Below, piece after piece: positions 24,325 through 37,590 of a stretch of 64,000 nucleotides of DNA; within the stretch, counting starts at the first letter, position 1, and each line of letters starts with the position of its first letter. The stretch is from Chiloscyllium plagiosum. Taxonomy: Eukaryota. The stretch is taken from the NCBI RefSeq assembly GCF_004010195.1, contig NC_057725.1, positions 57,854,218-57,918,217 of the forward strand, in the 5' to 3' direction. The notes beneath the pieces are model-generated. The model made no database searches and had not been told where the DNA came from. It saw nothing but the letters and a program-made list of their open reading frames with translations. The position numbers were made by a program, and so were the translations under genes.

Positions 24325-25012
24325 GAGTGTATTTATATTGTACCTTTCATAATTTGAGGACAGCCCAAGGAGTGAATTGCTTTGCCATGTTTTTACTGTT
24401 TTATTTCCCCTTTATTCATTCACAGGATAAGGGTGTCACTGGCTAGGCAGCATTTAGTGTCTTTCCCTAGTTGCCCAGAGAGAAAAGCTCAAGGCTGTGG
24501 GCCTGGTGTCGCACGTTGGCCTGATGAGGTAAGGATGGTAGCTTACTTCCCTGAAGGACATTAATGAACCAGAAGGTTTTTTTTTCTGACAAACAGCAAT
24601 GGATTCATGGTCACTATTAAACTCTTAATTCCAGATTTTTAAAACTTGAATTCTAATTCCATCATCCTCCATGGTGGCATTTGAATCTGGGTCCCCAGAA
24701 CAATCATCTGGGTCTCTGGATTAACAATCCAGCGATAAAACCACTAGACCATCACATTTCCTTTACGTTGCTGTATTGACAAACGGCAGTCACTTTGTGC
24801 ACAGTGAACTCCCACAAACAGCAAAGGAGATAAATGAAAAATTAATCTGGTTTGCTGGTTTCACTGAAACTTTCTGCTCTTCTTTAAACAGCATCAAACA
24901 TTCTTTTGCATGAAGCTGCACAGACAGGTCGTGCCTCCTCAACATATCGTGCAAAAGACAACGCTGATGCCAGCATTCCCTCTGATGTACTGAAAAACAT
25001 TTGCCTGATATT
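24325..25012 (-). mobile_element. Deu-domain SINE relic interrupted by a CR1-group 3' fragment (about 24410-24757)
   Basis: TGTATTTATATTGTACCTTTCA...[insert]...TTTGTGCACAG..CTCCCACAAACAGCAA...AAAGACAACGC..CAGCATTCCCTC. Confidence 0.6.
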
Positions 25013-25029
25013 ATCCAGCAAAATTAATG

Positions 25030-25322
25030 ATTAGATTACTTACAGTGTGGAAACAGGACCTTCGGCCCAACAAGTCCACACCAACCCTACGAAGAGCAAC
25101 CCACCCAGATCCATTCCCCTCCACCTAACACCATGGGCAATTTAGCATGGCCAATTACCTAACCTACACATTTTTGGACTGTGGGAGGAAACCGGAGCAA
25201 ACCCACGCAGACACGGGGAGAATGTGCAAACTCCACACAGACAGTTGCCTGAGGCGGGAATTGAACCCAGGTGTCTGGCGCTGTGAGGCAGCAGTGCTAA
25301 CCACTGTGCCACCGTGCCACCC
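25030..25322 (-). mobile_element. HE1 SINE
   Basis: Reverse complement of the 4644-4957 element, head to tail. Confidence 0.9.
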
Positions 25323-26206
25323 AAATGAGAACAATTTCGATGGTATGGTTCCAATAAGTTTGTGATCAGACTGTGGGCTTGTTTCAGACATAAAGGAGTT
25401 AGTTTATATCCATGGAAGTTGTGAGGCAGGGAATGATGTAATTTGTGACATGAATTTCTTTAATATAAGTTTGTAGCTTGATCGAAACACCTCAATATTA
25501 TCTTTTGCAGCAATACCTCATACAACTGGCAGAGTTGATCTTCGACCACAGTAAGGTTAAAGACTGAGATAGGTGGACCCTATACAAATTTGGTTGGAGA
25601 TGCCTGCTTTATAAGGTCACCACTTCTCTCGAATGAAAAACCCAAACTTTCCCAGTGTTACCTCAATCTCTTAAAGTGTACAAAACCTCCACCTTAGAAA
25701 ATACAGCTGCAGTGAGTCATTTTCTGGAGTTCCTGTGAATTTTTTCTTTCCACAGAATCAAAATCAACTTAACAATATGCTAATATACGGTATGTTAACA
25801 ACACCTTGAATGAGCTGCCTTGGGTGAGGTGCCACCATGTGATTGCAAAATACTTGGAGCCAATTAGTGCGAAATAAAGGTAAAAACGTTCCAAAAGTTG
25901 CTGATAAACTTAGCCGCAAAGCAACACTTTACATAGTGACACACCAAAATAAAAAGCATAGGTTGACGTTGCTTGGGGGTAACTCACCACCACAGCAGCA
26001 ACCTTGCTCATGATAATGAATTCTCAACCAAATTTCAAATCCTGAGACATATCAGGTGGTTTCCTAGCTGATTGACTGCAGTGACAAACACTAGACAAAC
26101 AACCAAATGTAACATTAGGTCAGTAGTGAGCTGCATGTAGCCTCTTACTGGACATGGTTGACAATGAGCCATACTGTCACACAGTAGAAGTCCCATAGCC
26201 CATTAG

Positions 26207-26742
26207 CATAGAGTTATACAACAGAACTTTAGGACCAATTCATCCATGTTGACCAGATGTCCTAAATTAATCTAGTCTCATTTGCCAGGATTTGGCCCAT
26301 ATCTCTCTGAATCCTTCCTGTTCTTATACCCATCTAAATACCTTTTTAATGTTGTAATTGTACCTGCCACGTCCTCTGGCAACTCATTCCAGACAAGCAC
26401 CACCCTCTGCGTGAAACATTTTGCCACACAGGTCACTTTTAAATCTTTGAGGAGAAAGTCAGGACTGCAGATGCTGGAGATCAGAGCTGAAAATGCATTG
26501 CTGGAAAAGCGCAGCAGGTCAGGCAGCATCCAGGGAACAGGAGAATCGACGTTTCGGGCATAAGGGCTTATGCCCGAAACGTCGATTCTCCTGTTCCCTG
26601 GATGCTGCCTGACCTGCTGCGCTTTTCCAGCAACACATTTTCAACTTTTAAATCTTTCCCCACTCACCTTACAACCAATGCCCTCTAGTTTTGGACGCCT
26701 CTACCCTGGGAAAAATACTTTAGCTATTCACCCTGTCCATGC
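26207..26742 (-). mobile_element. HER1/CR1 3' fragment interrupted by a PLE dimer
   Basis: Minus peptide FTQRVVLVWNELPEDV..TLKRYLDGY; the LINE is collinear on both sides of the insertion. Confidence 0.85.
26449..26643. mobile_element. Young inverted-repeat dimer of family A pseudo-LTR with 14-bp TSD
   Basis: Near-perfect 80-bp arms centred at about 26564; ACTTTTAAATCTTT at 26435-26448 and 26644-26657. Confidence 0.92.
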
Positions 26743-27579
26743 AGTACCGTTCGAAGAATATTACAACCCAACTAAGCCGGACATTATCCGAGCTCATTCT
26801 GGGCAACACAAAGTCTTCTACAGGGAAAAAATAAAATTGATATAATTTGCTGAGCACTTTGAGTTTTATACAGGCACACTGCACCACAGCCATAACACGC
26901 TGAGAATGGGTTATATTGTCTAATTGTGACCCTTGCTGGGGAGGGACTCCTACATGCAGGAGCTGCATGGGCTCAGCAATGGGAACTGCCAGTACTGCAG
27001 GGAAGACAGCAGGTGTGAGGAAACTCCGGCTTTGGGTCTAGGGCGTTTGGAAAGTTCGGGAGCGGGGGGAGGCAGGTCAGGGGATGGGTGTTTTGGAGCA
27101 GGTGGGTGGGAAGAAAGAGTGGAGGGATACCATTTTCAGAGCGGGTGCTCCTGAACCCTTTTATTTCTGCTATTTTATCAATTTTGTTACAAAAACAATC
27201 AGCTCGCTCTGACTCAGCTGCCAATGCCAACCGCAATTTGGCACGGGCAGTGTCTTTTTAGGGTCAATTGAGCTTTCAAACAAGATCTTGGTCATGAACC
27301 AGTTACATACATATGGAGTGCGGGCTGCCAATTTTGGCAGCCACCCAGCTGTATTATTCGGATGAGCTAGAGGGTGTTGGGAAGATGGTGAGCTAGCCAT
27401 CTTGCCTGGATTACATTATGTGTTCACCAACTGCAAAGAGGCACATAATATCCAGCCCTATATTTTGTTAACTCTATAAGACTCTTCTCATCCAGTCAGA
27501 AGCTGGCTACTGTTGCACACACTGGATCATATTAGCACCTAAGGAACCTACACACTTAAAAAACAATCTGATACACACC

Positions 27580-27766
27580 AAAAGGACTGCGGATGCTGGA
27601 AATCAGAAACAAGAACAGAATTTGCTGGAAAAGCTCAGCAACTCTGGCAGCATCTGCAGAGAGTCATCAGTTAACATTTTGAGTCCAGTGAAATGTTCAG
27701 TCCGAGTTCGCTCTGCAGATGCTGCCAGACCTGCTGAATTTCTCCAGCAATTTCCATTTTTGTTTG
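27580..27766. mobile_element. Inverted-repeat dimer of family C pseudo-LTR
   Basis: TTGCTGGAAAAGCTCAGCAACTCTGGCAGCATCTGCAGAG and CTCTGCAGATGCTGCCAGACCTGCTGAATTTCTCCAGCAA. Confidence 0.8.
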
Positions 27767-28109
27767 TACAAAAGCTCTCATGCCAACTCCCACACACAAA
27801 ACTGGAGTGCTCCCTCATCTGCATCAAAAATGGCAGAGGCCTCAAAGCACATGACTTACTATTTTAACTGTAAATATCACAGAGAGATCATGTAAACACT
27901 AAAATATTATAAAAACTAGCATGAAATCCCATCAAATCTTATATCTCTTAGCACCATAAGTTTGGATTCTTTGTTTTTGAAACCCTCCAAGGCCTTTCTC
28001 TATAAATGCTAGGATCTTCTTCTGAAGCAATGTACACCTCCTCTCTTGCTTCATTGTCCCACTGGGACCCATGTCACCAACTGCTTAGGGTTGCACTATT
28101 TGGGAATCC

Positions 28110-28225
28110 TTCTATTTCTCCATCGCAACAGTAACTACATTTCAAAACATACTTCATTAGCTGTACAGCCCCTTTGGGACATTTTGCGGTTGTGAAGAAT
28201 ACAAGAACGCCCTTGTTTTATTTTC
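28110..28225 (+). mobile_element. Deu-domain SINE 3' tail relic
   Basis: CAACAGTAACTACATTTCAAAACATACTTCATTAGCTGTA..CTTTGGGACAT. Confidence 0.55.
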
Positions 28226-30149
28226 ATTTTGTTATCCCTGTTTAAAACCAATGCCTTCAAGTTGCATTCTGCTTCTGCAATGTTGGCAATTAGTTTCCTT
28301 CTGCTTCTATGATGAGCTTTGCTACGACAAAAACACAAGCCAGTGGACGTGAGAAATGTGCGATCAGCCACACTCCTATTGATTGGCAGAATACACTTGA
28401 GGAGCCAAATGGTCTACTTCTGTTCCTATTTCTTACAGTATTATGGGACCAACTTAGTTGGAAAGGTGATACATAAATGCACATTGTGGATTTTGTTAAA
28501 ACATGAAACAAACAACTGAGGAACAAACAAAGCAGTGGCAGTATGGTGGTTGAAAGGGTCTTGCAGACATCAGAAATCTTCAGTGCAACAGAGTGCAAAT
28601 GTTCTGTATTCGTCAGCAATGCCCACATATTCCATGAATAAATTTTTAAAAACCACGGTATCCCAGCAAAAAAATTAAAATTGTGGATAGAGGCCCTTTG
28701 TAATTAAAATGTAAAAGACATCATATGAGAAATGGTACAGCTGTACAAAAAAATGCAGAACTTTTGAAACCCAACTCTTTGGAATTTTTAATTGAAAGAC
28801 CAATGCTTCAATCTCCAGTTTCCAAGGATCAAGATGGATCTAGTTGCTTGATGAATGAATTAATATTCTAACTGAATCCTAAAAGCATCCAAGGGATTGG
28901 ATTTGAATTTTGAGTTTATTACAAAGTAAAATCAAACTGATTATTTGTTCCATTTTGCCTCCTCTGGTTGTGTCTGTAATTGGTTGCCAGGAATGTTGTG
29001 TTGCAAGCAGAAGTGAAACCTGCTGAAAATTCCACAATGAGGCTTTTGTGCATTTTTATTACCTACTGATGAATACTTTAATTTCTGCCAAGACCTCGAC
29101 TTAGCAGCCTAAAATATATCCTCACGTCAGACCACCAATTAAAAAGCAAGACAATGAGATCCTGAAGAAATTTGCTATGTGGACCTCTGCACACTCAAAA
29201 TACTAGGTTAGATAAATTGGTCTTTTCAAATTTCCTTTCTTAAAAAAAAGTCCTTATTTAAGACTTATTCTTCTTTCAATATTTACTTTCTAAGTCCATC
29301 TTTCCAGAAACTTTTGACCTTGCAAATCTTACCCCCCCCGCCCAGCCAGGATGCTGAAAAAGCCTAGAAGAATTGCATTCAAAACAAAATATTTTAGGTT
29401 GATTGCTCAGGTTATCTCTATCCACTTTCCATTAAGTCAGACAGGATGGCACTAATAGAATGTCTCAGAAATCGAGGCAAAGGTTGCAGCAAAGTCCAGC
29501 TCCCAGTGACATATCTGTTGATGCCAAATTGAAATGCTGTAAGGGAGAGTGATTGAGAGAACTGAACCAGCAAATGCAGTTGATAAAGCTATGTAAGAAC
29601 ACATATGTTTGGAATAGTAAAACAAACTCACAGCACGTGTGCCTGGCATCCACCATGAGATTCCTTTGTGGCTTTATTTTTCTGTCTTAAGAACCTGAGA
29701 TTGCGCAGGTTTTGAGGTATCACAATATTCCTTTGGGCAAAAGATCTATGGCAGACAGGTTTGCTTGACCTGCCAGATATTAATATTTATTTTGCTGGCT
29801 GCACATAGCACTCTTCTTAAATCATCAGGAACCTCAGCTAGGTGAAAGTAGGAATTACTGGCATTCAGTCAGACCCAAAATACATGCCAAGTCCTTCACT
29901 GAGAAACAAATGCAATACTCAGAACCAAATAAGATTGCCTTGACTTACAGATGGGCAGTAAATGCTAAGCTTGCCAATGATGTTCCTATTCCACAGATGA
30001 ATAAAATACAAACATGCCAAATAGAATCTGTCTGCAATGGCAAAATTTGTCTTCAAAGTGAAAATGTCTTTGACAATGCTCCTTAATAGCAGCATGAAGG
30101 CAATCATTTATTAATATATGACCACAGGGTAATATTTCACCACTGACAC

Positions 30150-30492
30150 ACAGTGGCAGCAGTGTTTACTATTTACAAGATGCACGGCAGTAATTCACCA
30201 ATGATTCTCCAACAGCATCTTCCAAGTCCGTGACCTCTATAACCTATAAGCACAAGGACGGCAGATGCACAGGAGTGTCGCTACCGATAGGTTCCTCTCC
30301 AAACTGTACATGATCCTGACTGGGTCAAATCCTTAAACTCCCTTCCTAACGGTACAGTGGGTGTCCCTGCACCTCAAGGACTGCAGCAGTCCAAGAGGTC
30401 AGCTCACCACCCCCTTCTCCAGGGTAGGTAGGGATGGGCAATAAATGCTGTGGAGTCAATAATGCCCACGTCCCATGACTGAATTTAAAAAA
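30150..30492 (+). mobile_element. CR1-group LINE 3' end (same family as 8545-9372)
   Basis: CAGTGGCAGCAGTGT...AGCTCACCACCCCCTTCTCCAGGG..GGGATGGGCAATAAATGCTG. Confidence 0.75.
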
Positions 30493-31566
30493 AGGATACA
30501 CCACCTATTACACTTAAAATGAATAGCTTTCAGAAAAATAAGTGAAGTTCCCAGATTTATAGTTCTCTACAGTGAGTACTCTCTTTTGTAACTAATGGGC
30601 GTCTGCTAGAATAAGACTTTAGCGGAATGACTTTAATAAGCAACATAGTCTTCGGGTTTGAGAACTGTAACATGTTGTGATTTGAGGCAAACCAGTGAAG
30701 GAGGGTGCATTATCTGAGGATGGCCGTCTCCTTAGATTTCACTCTGCTATCTCATTAGAGATGCCTTCTGGTCATTACGATGAACAAACATTCTGGGTGT
30801 TGCATCTATTTTTAACTTAGAAATAATATAAAAAGACCCAGCGATCGCCCTACAGCTGCATGCTGTTATTCCAACTTTTTTTTTATTATTTTCGCATTCA
30901 GTTTTCCCATCCAGCAACTGTTCCATTTTGATGATTAGATGACAAATGTAGCAGCTATTATTATTCAGGAGAATCTGAATGAGGAATATCAGAAAGAGAA
31001 AAGGCAAATTGGCCTCTCAAACCCTTCAACTGGCTCCAGATTAAAGCACAATCTAACCATTATCTGTCTTTTTGTAAAATCCACTAACGAATGGTAATGA
31101 TTTTTCATTATTTAGCTTTCAAGTTTTGATAATCTCCACCAAATTGTCCTTTAACTCTGCTCTGAAAACTTCAATTTTTCAAGGGTTTCTGCAGGACTAT
31201 GACATGGCAATCCTGACAAAACTTGAGTGGATTCTCAATCCAGCTATTCAATGGCTTCCTTGTCATTCTGGCAGAAATTTGGGTCTTTTTGTCAAGGATT
31301 CTCTAAGTATGACAGTCACCTCTGTGAGTGCATCTGATAGGATAAGTACACCTCTCATGATTCAATGACCCAGAGATGCAACAGTAAAACCTTGCTCCAT
31401 CCGCCATATTCTGAATATCATACTGTGCCAAGTGATCAAGACAACTTCAACCAAATGTTAGTCCAAGAGCTTGTTCATTTTACATAAATATTATGAATTA
31501 TTTCACAATGTAAATGATTATTTCTTACTTTTATTTATGCAGCTAATAAAAGTAACAGCTCAAATA

Positions 31567-31670
31567 GCTCTTCGAACACAGGTTCATTTTTTTCTGGATA
31601 AACTATTTTAAAGTGCAGGCTCTTCGAACACAGGTTCATTTTTTTCTGGATAAACTATTTTAAAGTGCAG
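31567..31670. repeat. Perfect 52-bp tandem duplication
   Basis: 31567-31618 is identical to 31619-31670. Confidence 0.95.
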
Positions 31671-31714
31671 AAGTCTTCTATGGAGTGCAGTGGATATCTC
31701 TGAGCCAAATGTTC

Positions 31715-32595
31715 TTGGATAAATGTAAGGTATTGTATTTTGGTAAAACAAACAAGAGAGGTACTTACACAGTTAATGATCAGGCCCATGGGCAGTGTTG
31801 TAGATACAGAGACCTAGGGGTTCAGGTGTATAGTTCTTTGAAAGTTTCATAATAGGCAGACAGAGTGGTTAAGAAGGCATTGAGCATGCTTGCCTTCATT
31901 GCTCAGTCCACTGAGTATGGGAGTCGAGAGTGTGGTGCTGGAAAAGCATCCAAGGAGCAGGGAAATTGATGTTTCGAGCAAAAGCCCTTCGTCAGGGACC
32001 ATTGAGTGTGGGAGTAGGGACTTCATGGTGAGAGTGTACAGGATGTTGGTGAGGCCACTTTTGGAGTACTGTGTCCAGTTCTGGTCACTCTGTTATAGGA
32101 AGGTAATAGTAAATTGAAGAGAATTCAGAAGACATTTACCAGGATGTTGTTGGAACTGGGGGGTTTGAGATATAAGAGAGTTTGGATTAGCTAGGCCTTG
32201 TTTCTTTCACTGGAAGTTGAAGGGTGACTTTATAGAGGTTTAAAAAATCATTAGGGACATGGACAAGGTATTTGCAAAGGTGTACTACCTTGGGTAGGGG
32301 GCGTTCAAAATGAGAGGTCATAATCTTAAGGTGAGAGGAGAAAGATTTAACAGGGACCTAAGGGGCAACATTTTCACACAGAGGGTGGTTTGCATGTGGA
32401 AATGAATTGCCTAAGGAAGTGGTAGATACAGGTACAGTTACAACATTGAAAAGACAATTGGATGAAAGACATTAACATGAAAGATTCAGAGGGATCTGAG
32501 CCAAATACAGGCAAATAGGACTAGTTTAGCTTGGGAAACTTGGTTGCCAGGGATCAGTTGGACCGAAGGGATCGGTTTTCATGTTGTATGATTCT
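31715..32595 (+). mobile_element. HER1/CR1 LINE 3' portion with nested PLE fragment
   Basis: VYRMLVRPLLEYCVQFWS; tail GGACCGAAGGGATCGGTTTTCATGTTGTATGATTCTA. Confidence 0.85.
31925..31998 (-). mobile_element. Deleted family A pseudo-LTR with about 17-bp TSD
   Basis: Flanked by CCACTGAGTATGGGAGT (31908-31924) and CCATTGAGTGTGGGAGT (31999-32015). Confidence 0.75.
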
Positions 32596-34559
32596 AGTTA
32601 CACTCCTAGACTGGAGGGCCATAGAAAGTATGTCCATGGTGCAGCCAAACAAGGTCTTTGTTAACCTGCAAATCTTTCTAACAGATCTACAGCAGGCAGT
32701 TAATGTAGCATAGACTTTGGTCAGCCATACTTGATGCAGAGTGACGCCCATCAAGCTATTGTCGCTGGCTTCACTCAACTGAGCTGCTCTAGGATAAGCA
32801 AGTGATGGAAACAGTTGTAGAGGCTTCTGCTGTATGTGTCTCTATACGTGAGCAGTCTTCCAAGTCTATTCTAAACCTTTCTGGAGCCAAACAACTTGGA
32901 TGCTGCTCATTGACTTTGTGAGTTACATGAGAGGCAGAGAGAATGTTTGTACTTTGTGTCAGTGCGATGTGGTTTTGTCCACCAAATCAGCAATCCATGT
33001 CATCATTCTTATAAAATGCTTCCTCCTTTGTTCTGGGAATACAGAGCGACTAAATGGATAACACAGCTCAGGGTAGGGAGCATGGGGGAGAGAGACAACA
33101 AGGAAAGATAACAGGGAAGGGGTATTTGGAAGTGGATTGGAAGGGAAGGGAGTGTGGAAGGCAGCTGATAAGAAGAGGGAAGGGAAAAGTATCAAGTACC
33201 TTAATGGGGAGAGACTTGGAAATGTATTGCCTCACAACCCTGATGACTTTCATCAATGGGGTTGAAGGAGGAAGTATTTTGGTAGGGCAGACATTGAAGG
33301 AAGTACATCAGTGGAAGGGGCACTGCAAAATTATCTCTGGTCCTGAATGCCAAATTATATGCCACTTCTTCATATTTTTAGTAGTTAGGTAGATGCCCTC
33401 CCAAGGTAGATACCAACATAACTGAGAAGGAAGAGAAAGGCTTATCACAGCTCCATCTCTGGGTATATCGGGTATTGCAGACAAAAAACTTCTATAATAG
33501 GGTTTCCACAGAATCAGGTTGCTACTCTATCAGAGTTTTGAAAGCATCTTAAAATAGAATGCTACGGCCCACCTACGATTGATATAACAGATGTAACAAC
33601 TATTACTTTCTTTAATCTCTCTGCGGTTCATCAGTTTTGAGTACTTCACGGTCCATTACTGATTAAGTTGTACTTTTTAAATCCATGATTCCAATTGTCA
33701 CTATATAACAGCTCAAAACATGGCAAAAGAAACTGTGTGGCCCATCTACTGACATAATAAATTGGTACTGGATAATGAGACATTGGAAAATCTAGCTCAC
33801 TTATTAAATCTGGTATAAGCTCATTTTTCAACCCTCAGTTTTCTTGATTTATAATATAAATTTAATTGGTGCAGTCATAGTAATTTGACTTGAAATAGAA
33901 ACTGCAGCTGAGATGATAACATTTAAGGTATGATTAAATGTTCTTGGAGAGTTACCGTAAAGTCCATAATACAATTCAGAGAGAAGGGACCAATTAATTA
34001 TATAATGAACTTAAAGTGTGACTCACCACAAGTCAGACACCCTAAACCATTGCCCTCAGAGTAAATATTAATTAATATGAAGTTGTAGTTTCAGAAGATT
34101 TAATTAAATACAAGACATTTTACCTCTATTCATTTCACTTGAAGGTAAGTCATTGAATACTGATTAACTTCTGATCCACTCACTAGCATTGAGGTGATAT
34201 TTTCATATTAAATATCAGACAATTTTCCTTGTATTTTTCTAGTAGAGACATGTGACTGGGTTTAGAAGCACATTATCCTGCCACCTCTATAAACTGGCAT
34301 CAAATGCCCTCCTGATGGAATGGAAGTCTCTTCCCAGTGATGGGCAGATTGTGCCCTGTCTGAATTGGGAAACTCTTGTGCAAACAAAGATGCACCAGGT
34401 CCAACATAGGTCTCTCCCACATTAATGAATGCAAACTTCACCTCCAAACATTAATTAAAAAATAAATGTCATCTTTTATGACATCATTTTCCAACAAAAA
34501 AAGTACTGCCTCTTAACAGAGAAAAAGCTGAAAATTGAACTTAGAGAAAGTAATTGCCA

Positions 34560-35600
34560 CTGAATATGGATGGCTTCATACATTTTAATGAGATCACCTC
34601 TCATTCTACTATGTTTAAGAAATATAGATCCAATTTATTCAGCCTCTATTCAGGAAACAGTGTGGTGAATCCTTGTTGCAATGCTTCCAATGTAAATTAG
34701 ATTCTTCCTTAAATATGGACCAAAATTGCATATAGTACTCCAGATGTAGTCCCACTAAAGGTCCATATAATTATTATGTGATTTATTTTGTTCCTACTCC
34801 AATTCCCTTGCAACAATATACAACAATCCATTGGCTTTCCTAACTGCTTGCTATACATGCATGCAAACCTCTCATGTTCCCAAGTACACCCATGTTTTCC
34901 AAATAACATTTAAAAGATTCATACCTTTTAAGATTATTTTATATTTGTATGGCCAAAGTGAATAAACTCACACACCTCCCCACATTATACTCCATCGGCA
35001 ATCTTTTTGTCCACTCACTTAACCTGTCCATATCTCTTTCAGCTCTTTGTGTCCTTCTCACAGCCTGCATTCCCACCCAGTTTTGTATCATCAGCAAACT
35101 TCAATAAATTTATCTCTTTCTTCGTCTAAATCATGAAGCTAGATTGTAAATAGCTGAAAACCCAACACTGATCTTTGAGGTACTGCATTAATTATGGACA
35201 GCCAACTTTAAAGTAATCCAGTTATCTCTACTGTCATGACTGTTGTCCACTAACAAATTCTCTACCCATACTAGTATATCACTCCTAATCTTACCTACTA
35301 ACCTGTTGCGTTGTACGTAATTTGATGAACGCAATTTGGAAATCCAGGTATACTTCAACTATTGGTTCAACTTTATCAACTTTACTAGCTACATGCTCAA
35401 AAATGGAAATAAATTTATCAAACATAAGATCACATCAACTTGTTCAAATCATTCTGATATTTTCTTCTGAGTGCATTGTTAAGATTTCCTTAATAATAGA
35501 TTTCCCAAGCACTTTCCCAACGACTATTGTAAAACTAACTGACCTGTAGTTCTCTAAATTTTCTAACTTTTAAGGTATTGGATCAATATTTAAAAATCAT
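34560..35600 (-). mobile_element. Old CR1 LINE ORF2 relic
   Basis: Reverse-strand remnants such as GACCAAAATTGCATATAGTACTCCAG (LEYYMQFW), GTATCATCAGCAAAC (FADDT) and AAATCCAGGTATAC (VYLDF). Confidence 0.7.
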
Positions 35601-36269
35601 AGGCAGCATCAAATCTACATCCTTTAGGGTTCTAGCAAGTAGGGTATCAGATCCTAAACATTTGTTGGATTTACATCCCTTAGGTTTCTCCTGTTTGTCT
35701 TCACTGCTGCTATTAATTACCTTTATTTCATTAATCTTTAACAACCCCTAGTTGTCTCTATTTCTGATATGTAACTTGTTTTTCTACTGTGAAGACAGGT
35801 ACAAAAAACTTGTTCAATTTATGCCTCATGTCCTTTACAATTTCCCAGTCTCTGCTTCGAAGCAACTGAACACTTACTTTAGCTACTTTCTTCCTTTATA
35901 TTTGTTTGTAAAAGCTGTCACAATCTATTTTCATATTCCTGATTACTCTTAAAGTATTTTTTTCCCCCTTTTGTGTATGCAGGACTTTTGTTGATTTCTA
36001 AAATATTGGCAATCCTTAGCCACACCACTGTTCTTTGCAACATTATAAACCTCTTTGCTTAATCCAATACTTTTATTGTATTATAATATTATAGAATATT
36101 ATATATTTTGTAAAGAAAGTCAATTTGTCTTTAAAATTGACATCGCCATAAAAATGGTTCCCAGAAGTCACATGACTAACTTAGTGGACCTCAGCTGCTG
36201 CCAGCAGACAATGCTTATCTCAGGAAGAAATCATAAGAGACTATTTGAAATTCAACAAACACTTTTAAA

Positions 36270-36505
36270 ACCACCTTCAAGTTCCCTTTCCAGGCCACTC
36301 AGCATCCTGGCTCGGAAATATATCACCGTTCCTTCTCTGTCGCAAAATATGGGAATTACCTCCCTCATGGTATTGTGGGTCAACCCACAGCAGGTGGACA
36401 GCAGCAGTTTGAGAAGGCAGCTCACCACCACCTTCTCAAGGGCAACTAGGGATGGGTAATAAATGCGGCCAACCAACGATGGCCCACATCCCACAAATGA
36501 ATACA
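36270..36505 (+). mobile_element. CR1-group LINE 3' end
   Basis: AAGGCAGCTCACCACCACCTTCTCAAGGGCAACTAGGGATGGGTAATAAATGC. Confidence 0.75.
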
Positions 36506-37590
36506 CTAAAAAATACCAGCAAGAAAAAAACAGGAATTCTCTGTCAATAGTTCCCATGAACATTTAATAACTCTCCCCAAGAGGGGTAGTGTGGTACAGG
36601 GGTTGTGCCTCTATCTCTCAGCCAGAAGACGCAGCTAGTGTTGTACCTCTGAACATGCTGCACTGAAAACATCTGCAGAAAAATAATGGCAAGCATATGG
36701 AAAGGCACATATCACAATCCTCATCACTGTAATGCAATAATGGAAGCCATCCAAGCTAATGGCTGAGATAGTTAAAAGTTAAACGTCTCATCTAAAAACA
36801 AGCCCCGCATGGGTCAGCACCTGACTAGGAAGGATGATTTGTCAGTTTTAGCTTAACAGACATTTTAAGTTGATCTGCATATTGTTTGCCTACGAGTAAT
36901 CATTTTACACAGCATTCCTGAAGAATGACTGACAGACATCCTCAAAGACAGAAATCTCAGATTAAGGTAGCAAAAGCAGAAGGGAGTTCAGAAAATCAAC
37001 TCTTGGTCTGTTGAAAATGTCAACACAATCTGCATGACTAGAGAACAAAGCCTACTTTACCTACTGAAGCCACTGTATAAGTATCCTCCAACTATTCAGC
37101 TGCAAGGCCTTCACTGCTTCTGAATTCCAGCTTCAAGTTTACAATCCCTTCATCTTTGCAAGAGAAATCAAGCAAATTAACCTTACACTGATGACAGAAG
37201 CTGATCTTATTTTCATTTCTACAATAATTTCTTTTTTACCTATTTAATCTCTGTATGGATATTTTAGCGAACGACTGTAGTGTTTTCATTTAGTAACTCT
37301 TAGCCATAGTTGTGTATCTAAAGTAAACTTTATCGTGCTCAAAGCTATATTGCTAGTTCTTTTTTTTCCATTTAACTATTATCTTTTTTAAAAAATATAT
37401 TTTTATTAAGAACAAATAGATTTTTAAATATTACAACAAATACAAAACAATGCAATTCAAAACAGTACAAAAATAGGACAAAACTAAACCAAAATAATAA
37501 AAAAAATTCCCCAACCCACCCTCCTATACGAATGTATAAACATATATAGAGAAGTATAAAAATAAAAAAAAACCTAAACTAGCTATTTAA

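Noticed and set aside
25445-25800. Second solo LTR (TGTGACA...TGTTAACA)
   Set aside because: No target-site duplication in the flanks, so support is insufficient.
26449-26643. Pre-miRNA or classical MITE interpretation of the hairpins
   Set aside because: The arms are PLE pseudo-LTR sequence and asymmetric, with variable centres and variable 11-14-bp TSDs, unlike the fixed short TSDs of DNA-transposon MITEs.
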